NCBI GenBank assembly: GCA_027317865.1
Contig: DAHVQG010000005.1
Span: 128,001 to 192,000, forward strand
Reading direction: 5' to 3'
DNA length: 64,000 bases
DNA from: Bdellovibrionales bacterium
GTDB taxonomy: Bacteria; Bdellovibrionota; Bdellovibrionia; Bdellovibrionales; UBA1609
The notes beneath the pieces were generated by a model that was not told where the DNA came from, did no database searches, and saw nothing but the letters and a program-made list of their open reading frames with translations. Below, in pieces: positions 58,984 through 64,000 of the stretch; position 1 is the first letter of the stretch; the number at the start of each line of letters is the position of its first letter. Both the position numbers and the translations under genes were made by a program.

Positions 58984-59556
58984 ATGAAAAGCGCTCAATT
59001 CAATATTACTGTTGGGCTTATTTTTCTGCTTTTGGCAGGCGGTTGGAGCGTGCGGTCTTACGCCATGGTTGAACATCGATTCGCGCGCACCTATATGTCT
59101 AAAAACTATCTTACAAACGGCATATTTACCGGCGGTCAATCTTCGACAAGTAGTACGAGTTTTAGCATTTTGGGGATCCGTAGAATTTATGCCGCCCGGC
59201 AAAAAATTGAACGTGTGGTTGTTAAACTTGGAGACGACAAAGGGCACCCACTGATTGATAAAGTCAGCTACTTTCACGTCGCGATTAACGATCATCTCCC
59301 GAGAATCGAAATGGATCTTTCGCAAACGGTAGCTTCAAACGTCAATGAGCAAAAATTAAAAAAGATATTTTTGGGCTCTCCTTATGTAAAAAGCGCGCAG
59401 ATCAATTTTGATCCGACGGATATGAGTATGACAATTCAGCTACGGCTAAAAAAGCCGGTTGAAGCCGAAGTCTTTGAACTGAAACGCAAAAATAGCGCGG
59501 GCAAAATCGTTCTCGATATGAAAGCGCTGTCCGGTAGAAGTGCTCGTGCAAGTTAG
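58984..59556 (+). CDS. Exported AMIN-like domain protein
   Basis: Signal peptide; ERVVV, RIEMDL, KIVLDM; strong AAGGAGG SD. Confidence 0.6.
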   Translation: MKSAQFNITVGLIFLLLAGGWSVRSYAMVEHRFARTYMSKNYLTNGIFTGGQSSTSSTSFSILGIRRIYAARQKIERVVVKLGDDKGHPLIDKVSYFHVAINDHLPRIEMDLSQTVASNVNEQKLKKIFLGSPYVKSAQINFDPTDMSMTIQLRLKKPVEAEVFELKRKNSAGKIVLDMKALSGRSARAS

Positions 59557-59562
59557 GGTTAG

Positions 59563-60348
59563 ATGAAACGACTGTTATTTATATTTTGGACGATATCGAT
59601 ATGCGCTCCCGCATACGCTTATGTTTTTAACTATCAGAATTCGGGAGTGGCGCCGTTCTTTGGCGCGACAGCCGCCGATACACTTCAATCTTCGCAGGCC
59701 TTTTCGCGAACAAGCGGTTCGGTTACTGATTTTTCTAGTGGAGTTCAATTTGGCTTCAGCGGCCAATTGGGAATTCAATTTAATATAAACCGCGATTTTA
59801 GTTTTCGTATCGGAGCCGAAGCTTATCAGGGTAAATCGATAAATGCGGTCGGCACGCGCGCCTCTGATGGTGCCAATTTAATGACCGTTAGCAGTTTGGC
59901 CACAGTTTTAAATCCCAATGCCGGAATTCAATATAATATGTTGAGTTCGCGTAGTGGGCGAATTTATCTGTTGCTCGATGGCGGCTACGCAATGGCAACG
60001 GTGGCAAACAACGATTCGCTTACTAGTACGGGCGTAACCCAGTACAGCACAAGTAGCAGTAGCATCGATGAAAAATGGAGCGGTGATACAACTTCTTATG
60101 TTGCTGGCGTAGGGGCCGAATATCACGCGTTTTCAAATACGACCATCGCACTTGAAGTCGGCTATCGCCAAATGCAATTTGATAAATTCACGTACGCCAA
60201 TTCGGGTTATGCGATTCGCGGGTCGAGTGAGACTTCTGTTTCAAGCGGCCAGATCGTGACTGATAACGGCGGTGCGCCGGTAAGTCTCAATATGAGCGGC
60301 GTTTTCGCCGGGGTTGTTTTTCGCTTTTATATTCCGCCCGAATATTAG
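59563..60348 (+). CDS. Small outer-membrane beta-barrel protein
   Basis: Signal peptide ending AYA; GVGAEY, LEVGYR, FAGVVFRF strands. Confidence 0.75.
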   Translation: MKRLLFIFWTISICAPAYAYVFNYQNSGVAPFFGATAADTLQSSQAFSRTSGSVTDFSSGVQFGFSGQLGIQFNINRDFSFRIGAEAYQGKSINAVGTRASDGANLMTVSSLATVLNPNAGIQYNMLSSRSGRIYLLLDGGYAMATVANNDSLTSTGVTQYSTSSSSIDEKWSGDTTSYVAGVGAEYHAFSNTTIALEVGYRQMQFDKFTYANSGYAIRGSSETSVSSGQIVTDNGGAPVSLNMSGVFAGVVFRFYIPPEY

Positions 60349-60595
60349 TCCGTGCGGCAATTCAATCAGCGCTAAAAAGAGAAGCCCCTCATCCTTCGCA
60401 GCGGGAGCTGCCGGAATTGAGGGGCAAATTGGAAGGGGGTAAGGGTTAACGGATGCCTTTTTTGGGTTTCGCGTTGCTATTGGGTCCTTTCTCGCTGGGC
60501 GGGCGACACGCGACATTGCGTATTTCCCGCTTAGCAATTTCGCAACACAATAACCTTACCGCGTCTTCATGATCCTGATTTGAATGCCGTATGGA
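60349..60595 (+). ncRNA. Candidate structured non-coding RNA, family unassigned
   Basis: About 20-bp closing stem plus nested helices; G-U pairs and a GNRA loop favour the + strand. Confidence 0.6.
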
Positions 60596-60650
60596 GTCTT
60601 CTTAACACGATGCTTTGACTGCCAAACACAAATAATATTATGAAGTTAAT

Positions 60651-63107
60651 GTGCAGCGGCGATTTAATTTAATATTTTGGCTTGGCATGATGGCATTCGT
60701 GCTGGTTTCGAGTCTATCGGCGTGGAGGCTTGTTCAACTTCACAATGAAATTCGTCTGCGCGATCAAACTTCAGCCGTCGAGCAAAAACTAACCGACCTT
60801 TACACAACCCTGCTAAATGCCGATGTAACATTTTTAGTTTTGCGCGACACCGGCGCTGTTGCAGAGGCGAGAAAACTTTTGCGTCTCATTGCCCAGGCGC
60901 GCACGAGCGTGACTCAATTGACGAATATGGTGCCGCCCGGAAGTCCGATTCGTTCTGAAGTCTTGCGGCTTGATAAAATGGTGAGTGAAAAACTCTCGCT
61001 CAGCGAAAGAGTCACATTAAATATTAATTTCAATTCTGGTGAACCATTTCAACGAGTTCTGGTTATAAAAAATGATTTGTTACTCACCGAAAAGGTGAAT
61101 GAAACGATACAGTCGATCGAGGCCTATTTAATCACCAATTTAGACCGGCACCGTGCTCACGTTGACCGCTATTTTGACGTCAACTTACTCAGTATCGGGG
61201 CGACGGCGACGGTTGCGTTTGCGTTAATGCTGACGTTTGCGGGACTGGTTTGGAGTGAAATTCGCAGACGACGTTTACTCGAGGCGGATCTGCGCCAGGC
61301 TCAGCAGGCGGCAATTCATGCTTCTGAACTCAAGTCACAGTTTCTTGCTACTGTCAGTCACGAAGTGCGCACACCGCTCAACGGGATTATAGGGATGAGC
61401 GAATTACTACAACAAAGACTCAAGGGCGAAGCGGGCCAATTTGCGTCTGTTATTCAAGCGTCGGGCAGAACGCTTTTACGAATCGTCAATGACCTGCTTG
61501 ATTTTTCAAAAATCGAAGCCAATAAGCTCAACGTTGAAATTCAAGAAGTACGATTGAACCAGATTCTTGAAACGGCGGTAGATTTATTTAATCCACGAGC
61601 GGCACAAAAGAGACTGCGCATTTATTGTTCGTACCCGATCGAGTTTAACGATTTATATGCCTCCGACGGAGTGCGAATATCCCAAATCATACAAAATCTT
61701 CTCAGTAATGCGGTCAAATTTACCCAAAAAGGCTTTGTTGAGCTTAAGGGTCAGATCGTAGCGACACAAGAGGAACTGTTGACGTTGCGATTTGAGGTTG
61801 CCGATACCGGGCCAGGAATTGATTCGGTTCAGTCGGCGTCCATATTTGAGCCATTTTTTCAAATTAAACCTGATTTTCAAAATGAAGGCACCGGGCTCGG
61901 CCTTGCCATAACTAAACGCCTAGTTGATTTGTTGGGTGGTCGAATCGGTCTTCAAAGCCGCCCTGAAGTAGGGTCTTTGTTCTGGTTTGAACTGCCGCTT
62001 CGTCGTTTGAAACGTGAATTTTCAATAGCGACGCTCGCGTTGAAGGAAAAACGAATTTCAAGTTATCAGTTACTGCCAGAAGACGTGGCTTTTCTACGTC
62101 GGATGGCAGGATATTTAGGCGGCGAATACGTTGAATCGCTCCAACAATTGAAACCAGACGACTTTGTTTTCACGTACAAGGAACATTTAAAAAATCTCGA
62201 CGTTAAAGCAGAAATTTGGTTGATCGGATTTGAAACCGATCTAGCGTCTTCCGACAGGCGGCATATCGGTTACGCGCTCAGTCCGGGGCGGTTTATCAAA
62301 GCCTTAGTTCGTCGTTCGGCCACGGAGCCTGTTGTGCAGCCGGTAACGGCATCGCCTGTTGATTCAATAGCCGGATCGATTTTACTTGTTGAAGACAATC
62401 CGACAAACCAACTTTTGGCAAAAACCCAACTTGAACAACTCGGCTATCGAGTCGAGGTCGCCAGTAACGGCGCTGAATGTCTTGAGTCCCTTCGCAAAAA
62501 TTCTTACCGGCTCATTTTGATGGACTGCCGAATGCCGGTCATGGACGGATTTGAGGTTACGCGGCGAATCCGTGAGAGGGAGCAAGCGGAGCGGCTGGCG
62601 CGTATGCCGATTATCGCAATGACCGCTCACGCGCTTGAAGATGACCGGCAACGGTGCTTGGCTGCCGGGATGGACGATCACATAGCCAAACCAACCGATG
62701 TCCATCGACTTCACAGACTCATCCAAAAATGGGCTCCGGATTACTCGGTTGTCATCGATTCCGCCGTTGTGAGCGATCTCGAAGCCAAGACGTCAAAACA
62801 AGTTGTGAATCGGCTTTTTCGCTCATTTTACGATACCCTTTCGCAAGGATGCACACAGTTCGAGACGCTTTCGAGCAGGCGCGACTGGGCGGCGCTCGGG
62901 TCGCTTTGCCATCAACTGCGTTCAGCGGCTGCAGCGGTTGGGGCTTTGGTCCTCAGCCGCTCTCTTGAGCGGGTCGAAAATATTGTAGAACAAAAAATGG
63001 AGCCTGAAACGCGAGACATTGAAGAGCTCGTGCGCCTGTCTAAATCAGTTCTTGAAGAATTAAACCGCCGCTTGTCTGAAAATTCTGCTGTGGACATTGT
63101 AAATTGA
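60651..63107 (+). CDS. Hybrid sensor kinase (periplasmic sensor, HisKA, HATPase, REC, Hpt)
   Basis: Two TM; SHEVRTPLNG, NAVKFT, DTGPG, GTGLGL, MDCRMP, CHQLRS. Confidence 0.93.
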   Translation: MQRRFNLIFWLGMMAFVLVSSLSAWRLVQLHNEIRLRDQTSAVEQKLTDLYTTLLNADVTFLVLRDTGAVAEARKLLRLIAQARTSVTQLTNMVPPGSPIRSEVLRLDKMVSEKLSLSERVTLNINFNSGEPFQRVLVIKNDLLLTEKVNETIQSIEAYLITNLDRHRAHVDRYFDVNLLSIGATATVAFALMLTFAGLVWSEIRRRRLLEADLRQAQQAAIHASELKSQFLATVSHEVRTPLNGIIGMSELLQQRLKGEAGQFASVIQASGRTLLRIVNDLLDFSKIEANKLNVEIQEVRLNQILETAVDLFNPRAAQKRLRIYCSYPIEFNDLYASDGVRISQIIQNLLSNAVKFTQKGFVELKGQIVATQEELLTLRFEVADTGPGIDSVQSASIFEPFFQIKPDFQNEGTGLGLAITKRLVDLLGGRIGLQSRPEVGSLFWFELPLRRLKREFSIATLALKEKRISSYQLLPEDVAFLRRMAGYLGGEYVESLQQLKPDDFVFTYKEHLKNLDVKAEIWLIGFETDLASSDRRHIGYALSPGRFIKALVRRSATEPVVQPVTASPVDSIAGSILLVEDNPTNQLLAKTQLEQLGYRVEVASNGAECLESLRKNSYRLILMDCRMPVMDGFEVTRRIREREQAERLARMPIIAMTAHALEDDRQRCLAAGMDDHIAKPTDVHRLHRLIQKWAPDYSVVIDSAVVSDLEAKTSKQVVNRLFRSFYDTLSQGCTQFETLSSRRDWAALGSLCHQLRSAAAAVGALVLSRSLERVENIVEQKMEPETRDIEELVRLSKSVLEELNRRLSENSAVDIVN

Positions 63108-63228
63108 AAGAATTTTCTACATTATAGCCGACATTTTTTTCAAAACCAGGCGCTATCCTACCGTGCCGATTTTAAAACAATTACATTCACGGCCACAGTA
63201 GAACAGTCTGCGTTCCGGGGGGGGGACT

Positions 63229-64000
63229 ATGATCGGTTCAGTTTATAAAAGGTCTTGCTTTAAATTTTTAGTAGTCACTTTATTACTTGGAGTTTTGACT
63301 CCATTATTGGCATATGCGGCGCCACCAAGGCGGATACTAAAAGCGGGACATAAAGCCAACTATATAAAAAAGCAGATTGCGGATATTCGGTTCGGAACGG
63401 CAAAAAAAGAAGCGTTTCAGAAACAGGTTCACGCTGTTGCCAAAACGTTAAACGGCCAAATTCTCGGGCAAGAAAAAACCGTCGCTGTTTTGCAAGACCG
63501 ATTATTGCAATATATCGAGTCATTTCCGAACCGAACCGGCGAACCTGTTGCACTTAACTTAATCGGTCTACCTGGAGTTGGCAAAACGGGGATGCTGAAA
63601 TCGCTTGAGTCAATCGGTCTACCTCTTGTGATCTTTAATGCCCAAGATTACGCGTCTAATGAAGGTAACCGAAGTTTTGCTAACGATTTATTTCTGTCCC
63701 TTATTAATCACGGAGCACTTCGAGTAGTGAATGGGAATTGGGTTGTTAACGAGCCGCTTGTTGTTGTCATTGATGAGTTGGATAAAGTGCCGGAAATCGA
63801 CACGAGCAAAAACGAAAAAACGCAGACTTTGATCGGCACCATCAACTCAATTCTTTCAGAAGGAGCCTTCAGTGCTAGCGGGATAAACGTAAATGTGTCG
63901 AATTTGATGCTGATTACGACGATGAATTTTTCGCCAAATGATATCGAGTTATTCACCTCAAAAGTATTGGGCGAAAATAAGAATTTTTACGATTTATCGA
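63229..64000 (+). CDS. AAA+ ATPase with N-terminal signal peptide (runs off window end; not in ORF track)
   Basis: Manual translation open to the end: ...FLVVTLLLGVLTPLLAYA-AP..., ILGQEKTV, GLPGVGKT, VVVIDELDK, LITTMNF. Confidence 0.88.
   Translation, partial: MIGSVYKRSCFKFLVVTLLLGVLTPLLAYAAPPRRILKAGHKANYIKKQIADIRFGTAKKEAFQKQVHAVAKTLNGQILGQEKTVAVLQDRLLQYIESFPNRTGEPVALNLIGLPGVGKTGMLKSLESIGLPLVIFNAQDYASNEGNRSFANDLFLSLINHGALRVVNGNWVVNEPLVVVIDELDKVPEIDTSKNEKTQTLIGTINSILSEGAFSASGINVNVSNLMLITTMNFSPNDIELFTSKVLGENKNFYDLS

Noticed and set aside
60374-60425. Minus-strand intrinsic terminator
   Set aside because: A U-rich tail exists on minus, but no credible minus-strand gene leads into it and the GNRA/G-U evidence favours +; not fully excluded
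60241-60537. 98-aa minus-strand ORF
   Set aside because: Overlaps the OMP gene and the structured element; no recognisable motifs
60349-60595. Retron msr-msd, glmS ribozyme or c-di-GMP-I riboswitch
   Set aside because: No reverse transcriptase or glmS is adjacent; only short fragments (AGCGC, CGGAUGCC, GCGAAA) resemble the consensus cores
63561-63625. 13-nt direct repeat AATCGGTCTACCT
   Set aside because: Encodes IGLP twice in frame; too short to interpret
1-64000. Prophage, IS, defence island, tRNA or rRNA
   Set aside because: No integrase, transposase, phage structural or defence motifs, and no tRNA/rRNA signatures seen in the intergenic gaps

Overview
A gene-dense chromosomal segment of about 55 CDS. 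Gene content (CheA-like/STAS modules, a Hypr-type REC-GGDEF, many Cys-rich lipoproteins, an AMIN/OMP pair) suggests a Bdellovibrionota-like predator; this is inference. Core genes: hppD-hmgA, ribD, hldD, prx, xth, dksA-like, speB/speA, a yejABE-like transporter plus a separate yejF-like ATPase, leuS, trmB, trxB, aceE, a partial dcw cluster (ftsW-murG-murC-murB-ddl-ftsQ-ftsA-ftsZ), lpxH, recN, nadK, dcp. I found no rRNA, tRNA, CRISPR array or transposase. Best unexplained items: (1) a ~247-nt intergenic element at 60349-60595 that folds on the + strand with G-U support, a candidate new ncRNA; (2) a signal-peptide-bearing AAA+ ATPase missing from the ORF track (63229 to window end); (3) a prx / circularly permuted ATP-grasp / divergent SelO-like cluster; (4) a 3x25-nt hairpin array before the peptide ABC operon; (5) a Hypr GGDEF predicted to make 3',3'-cGAMP; (6) many apparently leaderless genes, an apparent ATC start codon and sigma54/sigma28 motifs. 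All calls are by-eye motif reading; no searches were run.
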